This document shows, one piece after another, positions 17,694-26,538 of a stretch of 64,000 nt of DNA. Every line of letters starts with the position of its first letter. Position 1 is the first letter of the stretch. The stretch is from positions 60-64,059 of the forward strand of contig CAMAUE010000009.1 of the NCBI GenBank assembly GCA_945861245.1, written 5' to 3'. The notes under the pieces were generated by a model, which was not told where the DNA came from, did not search any database, and was given only the letters and a program-made list of their open reading frames with translations. This DNA is from Singulisphaera sp. GP187. GTDB taxonomy: Bacteria > Planctomycetota > Planctomycetia > Gemmatales > Gemmataceae. A program made the position numbers and the translations under genes.

Positions 17694-17776
17694 GTCGGTC
17701 AGGTCTCAAATAGGAGGGCGCGTTGGTGTTATACTTCGCACGGTAGAAATTGTCGCTTTTCCGAATCGATCAAAAC

Positions 17777-17863
17777 ATTTCCGAGCCGCGACCGTAAGGG
17801 AGCGGCCGACATAAACCGCACGGCATCCTGTCGGCCGCTCCCTTACGGTCGCGGCTCGGAAAT
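17777..17863. repeat. Family B palindromic repeat, copy 2
   Basis: atttccgagccgcgaccgtaagggagcggccgac / gtcggccgctcccttacggtcgcggctcggaaat, loop ataaaccgcacggcatcct. The C-to-A change in the left arm is compensated by G-to-T in the right arm. Confidence 0.9.
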
Positions 17864-17895
17864 GCGTCAAACTCACCCGTGAAAGGTATAGTCCC

Positions 17896-17953
17896 CAGAG
17901 CCGGAAGCGTATGCGACGGTTAATTTCATCCGTCGCTCACGCTTCCGGCTCTG
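17896..17953. repeat. Family G hairpin (ccggaagcgt..gcgacgg arms), copy 1
   Basis: cagagccggaagcgtatgcgacgg / ccgtcgctcacgcttccggctctg. A related copy is at 56309-56354. Confidence 0.75.
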
Positions 17954-18588
17954 AGGTCGTCGTGCATGCGCATCGGATCCAAGGACACGCACGGATGCGG
18001 CAATGTTCGTTTCTTCGGGATTCACCTGAAGACCATCCGTATCCTTTTTTTCGTCTGGACTTCAGGGAATGGATGCTTTCCCTTCCAGGATAACCGACCA
18101 TGTCTGCGACCGCCAGTGGCGGGTCGTATTTTTTTGTCCGCACATCTTCTGTAATCGTTGCACAGATCATGCCCGGAACTAATCACCAGTTCAGGTAGTT
18201 GATCTTTAGGAAAAATTGACAAATCGAAAGTATCCGCACCAGGGTTCATCTGTACAATATGTGTGACATGCATGTCACGAGTTTCCGTAACGGATTGCAT
18301 AACCACTACGAACCATCGGGTATCATCGTTGGAATAATCGTCACGGTATGACGTGTATGTTCTTGTCACAGACTCTGCACTTGGCAAATCTTGACTGATC
18401 GATCAAATCGGCGCCCACGGACTTGCTTGCACAACAGGCATGAGCTATGGTTGCTGAAGAATCGGTACAACGCTGATTCCCGATATTAGCAAACCCACGG
18501 CGACGTGGGGACGCAAAGCCATGGATCACCATCACCGAACCCCTAGCCTCGGTGGTGGTGGTTGCCAGGTTGCCGAAGGAATCTTGAA

Positions 18589-21500
18589 ATGATTTGGTCC
18601 CGCATTTGGCCATGGGCACGGTCCCGTGGCAAACAGGCTCCAGTGCTTCGCGTGCCGGATCGTGTTCACCTCAACGTTGAGGTGCTGGAAAGCCGTCTGG
18701 TCCCGTCCGCGACCACGAATACCCCGTACGATCTTTGGCGAACGCAAACCTACCATGTTGACGACGTGGCTGTTGCCAACATTGCGCCGACGAACGTTAC
18801 GACACAAGCGACGCCGACGAATTCAAGTTTCGGCAACCTCATCGGATTGCCGAGTGCGTTTGGAATTACTACCTATCGCGGCACGGGCTACAGCGTCGTC
18901 GTTATCGACACTGGCATCGACTATCGCCATGCCGATCTCGGCGGCGGGTTCGGCGCGGGTCGCCGTGTTATTGCTGGCTGGGATTTCGTCAACAACGATG
19001 CCGACCCGATGGACGACAACGGCCACGGCACGCACGTCGCGGGTATCATCGGCAGCTCGAGCGCAACCTACTCGGGCGTCGCGCCGGGAGTCAATCTGAT
19101 CGCGCTCAAGGTGCTTGGCGCTGATGGCTCGGGTTCATTCGGTGCGGTGGAGGATGCCTTGAAATGGGTCGTCACCAATCAATCGCGCTACAACATTGTC
19201 GCCATCAACATGTCGCTCGGTGCCGGCAACTACACGACGAACCCGTACACGTTTCTCGAAGACGAGTTCGCATCGCTCAAAAGCCAAGGCGTTTTCACAG
19301 CGGTGGCGGCAGGAAATGGCTTCTATAGCTACAACAGTCAGGTTGGGCTCGATTATCCCGCGATCAGCTCGCAGGTCGTCTCCGTCGGCGCGGTTTGGAC
19401 AAGCAACTTCGGCACGATCGCATGGGCGAGCGGGGCACGCGACGAGACTACTGCTGCCGACCGCATCGCCAGCTTTTCGCAACGCGGGCCGGCCTTGAGC
19501 CTCATGGCCCCGGGCGCGATCATCAATAGCACTTACCTCAACAACACCTACAAGACGATGGCCGGCACGTCGATGGCTTCGCCTGTCGCCGCCGGTGCCG
19601 CCGCCATTATCCATCAGGCGATGGACGCAAAGAACTTGACCGCGAATCAGGACACGATTCTCGCGCTGATGAAAAAGACCGGCGCGACCGTTGTCGATGG
19701 CGACGACGAGAACGACAATGTCGTCAACACTGGGCTGTCGTTCAAACGGCTTAACCTCGGCGCCGCTCTGGCCGACCTCGGCCCGACAACGCCGCCGCCA
19801 GCTCCGACGAATTCCGCTCCGGTGCTGCAAGCAATCGGCGCACAAAATGTCGTGCCCGGAAAATCGGTCGTCGTCACGCTCAACGCTACCGACGTCAATG
19901 GCGATGTAATCGCGTTTTCCACGCGTGTCGTCGGGTCGATGGCCCAAACCGCCTATCAACTCGATCGGGAGCTGGGACTCAGGTTCACTGGCAACTATTC
20001 CGAAAACGCCTTCGGTCAAGGCGAACGGTGGCTGAGTGGTACAGGCAACAAATGGTATTGCATCCTGCCCAACGGCGAGTTCCGTGTCTGGGTCGGCTCT
20101 ATGGCAGCCACGTTGCAACCTGCCAACCTGCTGGCGAAGTTTGACGTGCGCTATTTCAACGGCCCCGGCCTACTCTGGAACGCCCAATCCGCCGGCAATT
20201 CCCTGCCGGCGCTCAGCATCGTCGGCAACAAACTTACGATTACCGCTCCTGCCGGCGTCAATGATAGTTTTACCATTGAAGTGACCGCGTCCGACGGCAA
20301 GGCATCGACCAAGCAGTCGTTCGCCGTCACCGCGCAGAACACGCCGCCCGTTCTCTCGGCAATCGCCGACAAAACCGCCATCCCCGGTTCGACGACGATC
20401 ATCAGCCTCAATGCGATCGACGCCGACGGCGACACGCTGACCTATTCGGCTCGCGTCGTCGGTTCCTTCGCCCAGATCGCTTTTCAAGTCGATCAGCAAT
20501 ATGGGCTGTATTACATCGGATCGTATCACCAGGGTGTCAACGGTTATGCCGAGCGTTGGATGCGTGGTACCAGCGGTGATTGGTTCTGCGTGCTGCCCAA
20601 TGGAGAGTTGCGTCGCTGGAACGGTTCGATGGCCGACACGATGAAGGCTGTCAACCTGGTGGCGACGTTTGACACCCGGTACTACAACGACCCGAGCTTG
20701 ATCTGGAACGCCAAAGTTGCGAACACTACGGCGTTGACGATGGCGGTAATTGGTAATCAACTGCGGATCGTTGCCCCTGCCGGCGTGTCCGAAGTCTACC
20801 AGATCGAAGTCACCGCCAGCGATGGCAACGCCGCCAGCCAGCAGACCTTCGCGTTGAGCGTTCGCACCAATACCGCCCCGGCTATCACCACGATTCCGAC
20901 GCAATCGATGCAGACCAATCGTAGCCAAACCCTGACGCTCAGCACGACCGACGGCCAGGGCGCCGTCGTCTCCTTCCAGACCGCGATCGTCGGCACGTTC
21001 GCAAATGCGCCGGCGACGCTGTCACTGGTCGGCAATCAGCTCACCATCAACACGTCGCCCGATTTCGTCGGCGCGTTGGACATTCGGGTGATCGGCTCCG
21101 ATGGTTTTCTGTCGTCCACCATGACCTTCCGCGTTAATGTCGCCGCGTCGGCGGTCTTCAGCCGAATGCAGGGCGATGTCAATGGCGACGGCTTGAAGGA
21201 CACGATTTTCTTCAACCAAGACGGTTCGGTGTGGGTCAACCAGACCCAGGCGAACGGCGGGTTCATCAACAAGCTCTGGGCCAACTGGTCGCCCGCTGCC
21301 TCATGGAAATCTGTTTCTGTCGGTGATTTCGACGGTGACGGCAAATCCGACATCATGGGCTTCGCCATCAGCGGCGCCATTTATATGGGACGCAGCACCG
21401 GTTCCGCCTTCGCCCAAAAGCTTTGGGCCCAATGGTCCCAGGCTAGTTCCTGGGCGTCGATCCAGTTCGCCGACTTCAATGGCGACGGCAAAACCGACAT

Positions 21501-21750
21501 CGTCGGCATGGCAACCGGTGGCAGCATTTGGGTCGGTCTCAGCAACAGCACGACCTTCACCACGTCGCTCTGGTCCCAATGGTCCAAGGCCACGAGCTGG
21601 AAGTCCCTCACCGTCGCCGACATTGATGGCGACGGTAAACAGGACATCGTAGGCTTAAACACCAACGGGCAATACTACGTCGCCTACTCCACCACCACGA
21701 GCTTCCGCACGACGCTATGGTCCGCCGCCACGCCGCCTAAGGCCAAGTAA
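18589..21750 (+). CDS. Secreted subtilisin-like (S8) serine peptidase with two duplicated ~180-aa modules and C-terminal FG-GAP/VCBS-type repeats
   Basis: Catalytic triad contexts VVVIDTGIDYRH (Asp), GHGTHVAGIIGS (His), GTSMASPVAAGAAAI (Ser). N-terminal LNVEVLESRLVPS motif. C-terminal repeats GDVNGDGLKDTIFF, GDFDGDGKSDIMGF, ADFNGDGKTDIVGM, ADIDGDGKQDIVGL. Start ATG 18589 preferred over the track start 18562. Confidence 0.9.
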   Translation: MIWSRIWPWARSRGKQAPVLRVPDRVHLNVEVLESRLVPSATTNTPYDLWRTQTYHVDDVAVANIAPTNVTTQATPTNSSFGNLIGLPSAFGITTYRGTGYSVVVIDTGIDYRHADLGGGFGAGRRVIAGWDFVNNDADPMDDNGHGTHVAGIIGSSSATYSGVAPGVNLIALKVLGADGSGSFGAVEDALKWVVTNQSRYNIVAINMSLGAGNYTTNPYTFLEDEFASLKSQGVFTAVAAGNGFYSYNSQVGLDYPAISSQVVSVGAVWTSNFGTIAWASGARDETTAADRIASFSQRGPALSLMAPGAIINSTYLNNTYKTMAGTSMASPVAAGAAAIIHQAMDAKNLTANQDTILALMKKTGATVVDGDDENDNVVNTGLSFKRLNLGAALADLGPTTPPPAPTNSAPVLQAIGAQNVVPGKSVVVTLNATDVNGDVIAFSTRVVGSMAQTAYQLDRELGLRFTGNYSENAFGQGERWLSGTGNKWYCILPNGEFRVWVGSMAATLQPANLLAKFDVRYFNGPGLLWNAQSAGNSLPALSIVGNKLTITAPAGVNDSFTIEVTASDGKASTKQSFAVTAQNTPPVLSAIADKTAIPGSTTIISLNAIDADGDTLTYSARVVGSFAQIAFQVDQQYGLYYIGSYHQGVNGYAERWMRGTSGDWFCVLPNGELRRWNGSMADTMKAVNLVATFDTRYYNDPSLIWNAKVANTTALTMAVIGNQLRIVAPAGVSEVYQIEVTASDGNAASQQTFALSVRTNTAPAITTIPTQSMQTNRSQTLTLSTTDGQGAVVSFQTAIVGTFANAPATLSLVGNQLTINTSPDFVGALDIRVIGSDGFLSSTMTFRVNVAASAVFSRMQGDVNGDGLKDTIFFNQDGSVWVNQTQANGGFINKLWANWSPAASWKSVSVGDFDGDGKSDIMGFAISGAIYMGRSTGSAFAQKLWAQWSQASSWASIQFADFNGDGKTDIVGMATGGSIWVGLSNSTTFTTSLWSQWSKATSWKSLTVADIDGDGKQDIVGLNTNGQYYVAYSTTTSFRTTLWSAATPPKAK

Positions 21751-21787
21751 TCATTTAGGCACGCCGAAATAACAACTTCCCGATTCG

Positions 21788-21841
21788 CCGCTTGCGGCTT
21801 AGCGCTCGCAAGGCACCACACGAGCGCTAAGCCGCAGGCGG
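21788..21841. repeat. Family A palindromic repeat between convergent genes (possible bidirectional terminator)
   Basis: ccgcttgcggcttagcgctcg / cgagcgctaagccgcaggcgg around a 12-nt loop. Confidence 0.8.
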
Positions 21842-21868
21842 CAGTACAGAATCGACCTCGCTCCGCGC

Positions 21869-22957
21869 TCAATCGCCATTCTTATCACCGCAAAGTAGGC
21901 TGGTTTCGCCCCCACTTGGCGTCAGGAATACCGCCACGGACGAAAATGGATACCCACTTCCGCCATAATCGATGTGTCCGTCAGCCAGCGTGTAGGGAAA
22001 CAGCCGCACGGTGCCGTCGGCCATTGCCATCAGACATCCTTGCGAGAACGGCCCGCCCCACTCGCCGGGTTTGGCGTCGTTGCCATCTCTGGCCATCAAC
22101 ACGTTGGGGTTGCCGCGACAGGTGCCTTCGCTGCCGCCATTGAAAATGGTACCCGTGAATCCGAAATCGGCTTGATCCTTCGCATAGTGTGCCGGCTGCA
22201 ACCGTCCATGCCCGGCGAAAATCGTGTTGGATGAGCCATCGGTAATCCCCACGAGTGTCCGTCCTTTGTCGCGTCCATCGGCCTGGCCAATGTTCGAGTT
22301 GAGAAACGGATTGATGCAATAATCCGACCACGCTCCCGGCCTGGCGTCGTCCGTGCACATCATCGGTCGGCCACGACCCTGACAGAGCAAACCCGGCAAG
22401 CCGCGCGTGCGATCGACGTTGTCGTACATCGCCTTTTCATCGAGATACGGCAATAACATAAACGCCCAACTGCCGCTGGTGTTATCGCCGTCAACTGCGG
22501 GTTTGGTGCCATTGAAGGGCAGACGCTTGTTTGCATCATAAAACCCATATGCCGCCGGCGCGATGCTCTTCAAGTTTTTTGTCGATTGTGTCCTTGCCGC
22601 CGCATCACGCACCTTCTGCACCGCTGGCACGAGAAACGCGAGCAGCACAAGTATTACGAACCCCGTGGTAACAGCTGTTATCCACGGAAACCGCCAACGT
22701 GCCGGGCGTTCCGCTGCTGTCGGCACGGGCATCGGCGGCAGGCCCTCGCAGAACCCGCCCGCGACTTTCGTCGATGGAGTCGCTAGTCGGGCAATGGCAG
22801 CATCGTCCGGCGTTGCGAAAGCGTGCTCCACCGGCATTTCCGATTGACGTACGCACTCAACGACTCGGCCAAACGCGCGTTCGCATGCCTTGCAATGGAC
22901 GGACTGCCGCGCTGTTGCTGTGAATTTAAAATCGAGCAGAGCAGAGTGGACATTCAA
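21869..22957 (-). CDS. DUF1559 (H-X9-DG) family protein, atypical N-terminus
   Basis: LLAFLVPAVQKVRDAAARTQSTKNLKSI matches the DUF1559 core (PAVQ.AREAARR.QC.NNLKQI type). C-terminal GHGRLQPAHYAK ... MADGTVRLF fits H-X9-DG. It lacks the usual prepilin GFTLIEL leader and instead has a ~95-aa N-terminal extension with HCKACERAFGRVVEC. Confidence 0.7.
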   Translation of the reverse strand: MNVHSALLDFKFTATARQSVHCKACERAFGRVVECVRQSEMPVEHAFATPDDAAIARLATPSTKVAGGFCEGLPPMPVPTAAERPARWRFPWITAVTTGFVILVLLAFLVPAVQKVRDAAARTQSTKNLKSIAPAAYGFYDANKRLPFNGTKPAVDGDNTSGSWAFMLLPYLDEKAMYDNVDRTRGLPGLLCQGRGRPMMCTDDARPGAWSDYCINPFLNSNIGQADGRDKGRTLVGITDGSSNTIFAGHGRLQPAHYAKDQADFGFTGTIFNGGSEGTCRGNPNVLMARDGNDAKPGEWGGPFSQGCLMAMADGTVRLFPYTLADGHIDYGGSGYPFSSVAVFLTPSGGETSLLCGDKNGD

Positions 22958-23119
22958 ATGAATCCATGACGGTCCCCTTTCCCTGGTTGACGTGATAGAT
23001 CGCTAATTTCTCGCTGCTGACATGGTAAAGAAACGGGTGATTGAGTATGATTCTACCACGGCACATTCCACCTTGGCAAGCATTTTATCGAGAACAAGGA
23101 AAACTCGCTTTCGCACGCC

Positions 23120-23148
23120 TTGACAAGTCTTGACACGACAGAGATAAT
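23120..23148 (+). promoter_or_regulatory. Sigma-70-like promoter (TTGACA-N17-GATAAT) abutting the relE-like start codon (leaderless arrangement)
   Basis: TTGACA at 23120-23125, 17-nt spacer, GATAAT at 23143-23148. ATG at 23155 is only 6 nt after the -10 box and no Shine-Dalgarno lies between. A second TTGACA is at 23130-23135. Confidence 0.45.
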
Positions 23149-23154
23149 CATCGC

Positions 23155-23409
23155 ATGGCGAGCGTATCTGTAAGTCCGAGCGCATTGAAGGAACTCGCAC
23201 ACCTGCCGCGAGTTATTCGGGAACGTATCGCCAAACTCTTTCTTCGCCGGGAAGAATGGCCCGACGTGAGCGGCACCAAGCCGCTCTCCGGCAACCTGGC
23301 GGGTTGGTATGGCATGTGCACCGGAGACTGCCGGGTACGCTTCTACTTGAATGGCGAGAACGTGGTCGTGGACAAAATCGCCCATCGGAGCAAGGTTTAT
23401 GACGACTAA
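23155..23409 (+). CDS. RelE/ParE-family type II toxin
   Basis: 84 aa. LSGNLAGWYGMCTGDCRVRFYLNGENVVVDKIAHRSKVY matches the RelE/ParE pattern (L.G...yRlR.GdyRviY......v.v..igHRkdvY). Confidence 0.8.
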   Translation: MASVSVSPSALKELAHLPRVIRERIAKLFLRREEWPDVSGTKPLSGNLAGWYGMCTGDCRVRFYLNGENVVVDKIAHRSKVYDD

Positions 23410-23767
23410 GCTGGCAAAAAATCCGGTCGCCAGGCACGTCACCGTCAAAGGCAAGCGCATGGTAATGCTCGACGAGGCGGCCTACGAAACTCTCTTGCGC
23501 AAGGCTGACGTATGGGAACCAGACCTGCCTACGCCGGATGCCGAGGGTTACTATCCCGCACTCGAAGCGCTGGCCGTCTTGCAAGCCCGCGACATTCTCC
23601 GCGCTCGCCGAAAACTCGGCTTGTCGCAAGCCGAGCTCGCTCGCCGAGCCGGAGTTCGGGCGGAAACCCTCAATCGCATCGAGCACGGCAAAAACAAGCC
23701 AAGCGTGCCGACCATCGCCAAGATCGACCGGGCATTGAAAGAAGCAGCGGCGGATAACGGCAAGTAG
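23399..23767 (+). CDS. XRE-family HTH antitoxin (HigA-like position, downstream of the toxin)
   Basis: ATG 23399 overlaps the toxin 3' end by 11 nt. HTH: LRARRKLGLSQAELARRAGVRAETLNRIEHGKNKPSVPTIAKIDRAL. Confidence 0.8.
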   Translation: MTTKLAKNPVARHVTVKGKRMVMLDEAAYETLLRKADVWEPDLPTPDAEGYYPALEALAVLQARDILRARRKLGLSQAELARRAGVRAETLNRIEHGKNKPSVPTIAKIDRALKEAAADNGK

Positions 23768-23838
23768 ACCGTTGAAATGTAACTGCCCGCATCGAGACTG
23801 ATCTGAATTAGCCTACCGATCCACGAAGAGCGACCACC

Positions 23839-24615
23839 ATGACCCTCGCCATCGAAACCTCGCAGCTTTCGCGCAGCTTCGGCGATTTTCGCGCCGTCGA
23901 TGGCATCGATCTTCGCGTCGAGCGTGGCACCTTCTACGGCTTTCTCGGACCCAACGGTGCCGGCAAATCCACCACCATCAAAATGCTCACCGGCTTGCTC
24001 GCGCCTTCCAACGGCGAGATGCGCGTGCTCGGCTACAACATGGCCGACCGCGTCGAATCGATCGAAGCGAAGAAACGTCTCGGCGTCATCCCCGAAGACC
24101 TCGCGCTTTTCGATAACCTCACGGCACGCGAGTATCTCACGTTCGTCGGCCGTATGTACCTCGTGCCGCGCGAGACGATTCGCACGCGCATTGATGAATT
24201 GTTGGCCATACTCGGATTGGAAGCGGAGGAAAAGAAGCTGGCAATGGAATACTCGCACGGCATGAAGAAGAAGCTCGCACTGGCGGCGGCGCTGCTGTCG
24301 AATCCCGACCTGCTATTTCTCGACGAGCCGTTCGAGGGCGTTGATGCCGTCACGTCGCGCGTCATCCGCGATCTCTTGGCGGGATTCGTCGCGCGTGGCT
24401 CGACGGTGTTTCTCACGTCACATGTGTTGGAGATCGTCGAGCGCCTCTGCACGCATGTAGGTATCATCGTTAAAGGTAAACTCGTCGAACAATCGTCACT
24501 CGAAGAGTTACGGCAAAGCAGTTCGCTGGAGACGCGGTTTCTCGAAATGGCCGGCGCCGGTCTTGACGGCGAAGCTTCGCACAAGCTCCCGTGGCTCGAA
24601 GGAGTAGGGCGATGA
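23839..24615 (+). CDS. ABC transporter ATP-binding protein
   Basis: Walker A GPNGAGKSTT, signature-like YSHGMKKKLALA, Walker B LLFLDEPFEGVD. Confidence 0.9.
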   Translation: MTLAIETSQLSRSFGDFRAVDGIDLRVERGTFYGFLGPNGAGKSTTIKMLTGLLAPSNGEMRVLGYNMADRVESIEAKKRLGVIPEDLALFDNLTAREYLTFVGRMYLVPRETIRTRIDELLAILGLEAEEKKLAMEYSHGMKKKLALAAALLSNPDLLFLDEPFEGVDAVTSRVIRDLLAGFVARGSTVFLTSHVLEIVERLCTHVGIIVKGKLVEQSSLEELRQSSSLETRFLEMAGAGLDGEASHKLPWLEGVGR

Positions 24616-26456
24616 ACATCGAGCACCTTCGCGCCTTCATCTGGTTGCGCTGGCGGTTGTTCGTCAACCAGCTCACGCGCGGCCGGACGGCCAATCTCAT
24701 CGTCTTTGGGATTCTTGGCGTGCTGGCGATTCCCAGCATCGTCAGCCTATTCATCGGCGCCTTCGTGATCGGCTATGTCGCAATGCCCGAGTCCGACCCG
24801 ACGGTCCATCTGCTCGTTTGGGACGGCCTGGCTCTTGGGTTTCTCTTTATGTGGTCGATCGGCATCTTGCAAGAGTTGCAGCGATCCGAGGGGATGTCCC
24901 TCAGCAAATTTCTGCACCTGCCCGTCTCGGTCGCCGGCGTGTTCGTTCTCAACTACTTCAGCACGCTACTGAGCCTGAGCCTGGTGATATTCGTGCCAAC
25001 CATGACGGGCCTGGTTGTGGGCATGACGTTGTCGATGGACAGCATGTATTTGGTTGCGCTGTTCCCGATCCTCGCGTTTTTCTTCGCGGTGACGGCTTTG
25101 ACGTATCACTTCCAGGGCTGGCTGGCGTCGATGATGGTCAATCCTCGCCGCCGGCGGACGGTGATCGTCATGATCACGCTGGTCTTCGTGTTCTTCGCGC
25201 AGGCGCCGAGTCTGATTCACGTCATACAACCGTGGCGCGGAGCCTTGGAGGATTTGGGCGAAAAGTTGGCGAAGGATCAAAAAGACCTCGACGCCGAATT
25301 CGGGGCTGGGAAGGTCACGGCGATCCAGCACACGGAAAAGGTGCAGGAGAGCATTCGGAAACGCACATCGGAATCGAATGGCCAAGGCAAGAAGCTGTGG
25401 TCGCAGGTCGAGGAAGTCGCGTGGGTGGCGAATTTGGCCGTGCCGATCGGGTGGATGCCGCTCGGCGCCGCCTGGTGTGCGGAGGGTAATCCGCTGCCCG
25501 CGATCTTGGCCACGCTCGTCTTGACGGGGATCGGAGCCGCCAGCCTTTGGCGTTCCTACCGCACGACGTTGCGCATGTACCTCGGCGAATTCACGGCCGG
25601 CGATTCGGTGTCAAATCCGCCGCCGACGAAATCCGTCGCCCCGCTTGATCCGGCTGACAAAGTCACGCTGATCGAAAAACAGATACCGGGCCTGTCCGAG
25701 TACGCCACCGTCGTCGCGCTGGTGACGTTCCGCTCCATCATTCGTGCGCCCGAGACGAAGATGTTGCTTTTGTCGCCAATTATCATGCTGGGAATTTTCG
25801 GTACGATGATGTTTCGCGGCCCGATGTACATGCCTGATATGGTCAGGCCCTTGGTCTTCGTCGGTGTCATGGCGATCGCATTACTAACGGCCTGGCAACT
25901 GGTGGCGAACCAGTTCTCGCTCGACCGCGCCGCCTTTCGTGCCTATGTCCTCTGTCCAGCTCCCCGGCGCGAGATTCTTCTTGGCAAAAACCTCGCCGTA
26001 GCGCCGATCGTAGCTGTCCTGGCTCTGCCGATGGTCGCGTTGGCGCAGATCGCCTTCCCCATGCGCATCGACCATCTTGCGGCATTTTTATTTCAGTTCG
26101 TGTCGATGCTCGCAATCTTCGCGATGGTGGCCAACGTTTGCTCGATTCTTGCGCCAATCCCAATGGCCCAAGGAACCCTGAAGCCTGCCAGCACGCATTT
26201 TCTGCCGACCGTGATTCAACTCGGCCTCTTCATGTTGCACGCGGGATTCCAATCGGTCGTGCTGCTACCGATCGGCATCGAGATACTTCTCGCCCATTTC
26301 GCCTCAATTGAGGGTTGGCCGATCGCGCTGCCGTTGTCGATTGTTGAATGTGGCGTTCTCGTCCTCATCTATCGCTGGACGCTAGGCTGGCAGGGTGATT
26401 GGCTGATGACCCGCGAGCAACGCATCCTCGAAGAAGTGACGGCGAAGACGCAGTGA
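24612..26456 (+). CDS. Multi-pass membrane protein, putative ABC exporter permease
   Basis: ATG 24612 overlaps the ATPase stop (ATGA). Many hydrophobic helices. A soluble K/E-rich loop lies about 200-290 aa in. Confidence 0.7.
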   Translation: MNIEHLRAFIWLRWRLFVNQLTRGRTANLIVFGILGVLAIPSIVSLFIGAFVIGYVAMPESDPTVHLLVWDGLALGFLFMWSIGILQELQRSEGMSLSKFLHLPVSVAGVFVLNYFSTLLSLSLVIFVPTMTGLVVGMTLSMDSMYLVALFPILAFFFAVTALTYHFQGWLASMMVNPRRRRTVIVMITLVFVFFAQAPSLIHVIQPWRGALEDLGEKLAKDQKDLDAEFGAGKVTAIQHTEKVQESIRKRTSESNGQGKKLWSQVEEVAWVANLAVPIGWMPLGAAWCAEGNPLPAILATLVLTGIGAASLWRSYRTTLRMYLGEFTAGDSVSNPPPTKSVAPLDPADKVTLIEKQIPGLSEYATVVALVTFRSIIRAPETKMLLLSPIIMLGIFGTMMFRGPMYMPDMVRPLVFVGVMAIALLTAWQLVANQFSLDRAAFRAYVLCPAPRREILLGKNLAVAPIVAVLALPMVALAQIAFPMRIDHLAAFLFQFVSMLAIFAMVANVCSILAPIPMAQGTLKPASTHFLPTVIQLGLFMLHAGFQSVVLLPIGIEILLAHFASIEGWPIALPLSIVECGVLVLIYRWTLGWQGDWLMTREQRILEEVTAKTQ

Positions 26457-26471
26457 TCTGCTCGCTGGATT

Positions 26472-26538
26472 GTTTAGCCGCGACGCGCAGCGGAGTACGG
26501 GCGGGACAAACTCGCTCCGCTGCGCGTCGCGGCTAAAC
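26472..26538. repeat. Family C1 palindromic repeat between convergent genes (possible bidirectional terminator)
   Basis: gtttagccgcgacgcgcagcggag / ctccgctgcgcgtcgcggctaaac, 24-nt perfect arms. It abuts the stop of the 26539 gene. Confidence 0.85.

Noticed and set aside
18022-18387. 121-aa minus-strand ORF in the A/T-richer region upstream of the S8 peptidase
   Set aside because: I saw no RBS, no motif, and atypical composition. It is kept only as a remark in a finding.
19135-20928. Antisense ORFs 19135-20118 and 20170-20928 inside the S8 peptidase gene
   Set aside because: These are shadow ORFs with Arg/Gly/Asp-rich composition. The sense frame has the catalytic triad and repeat modules.
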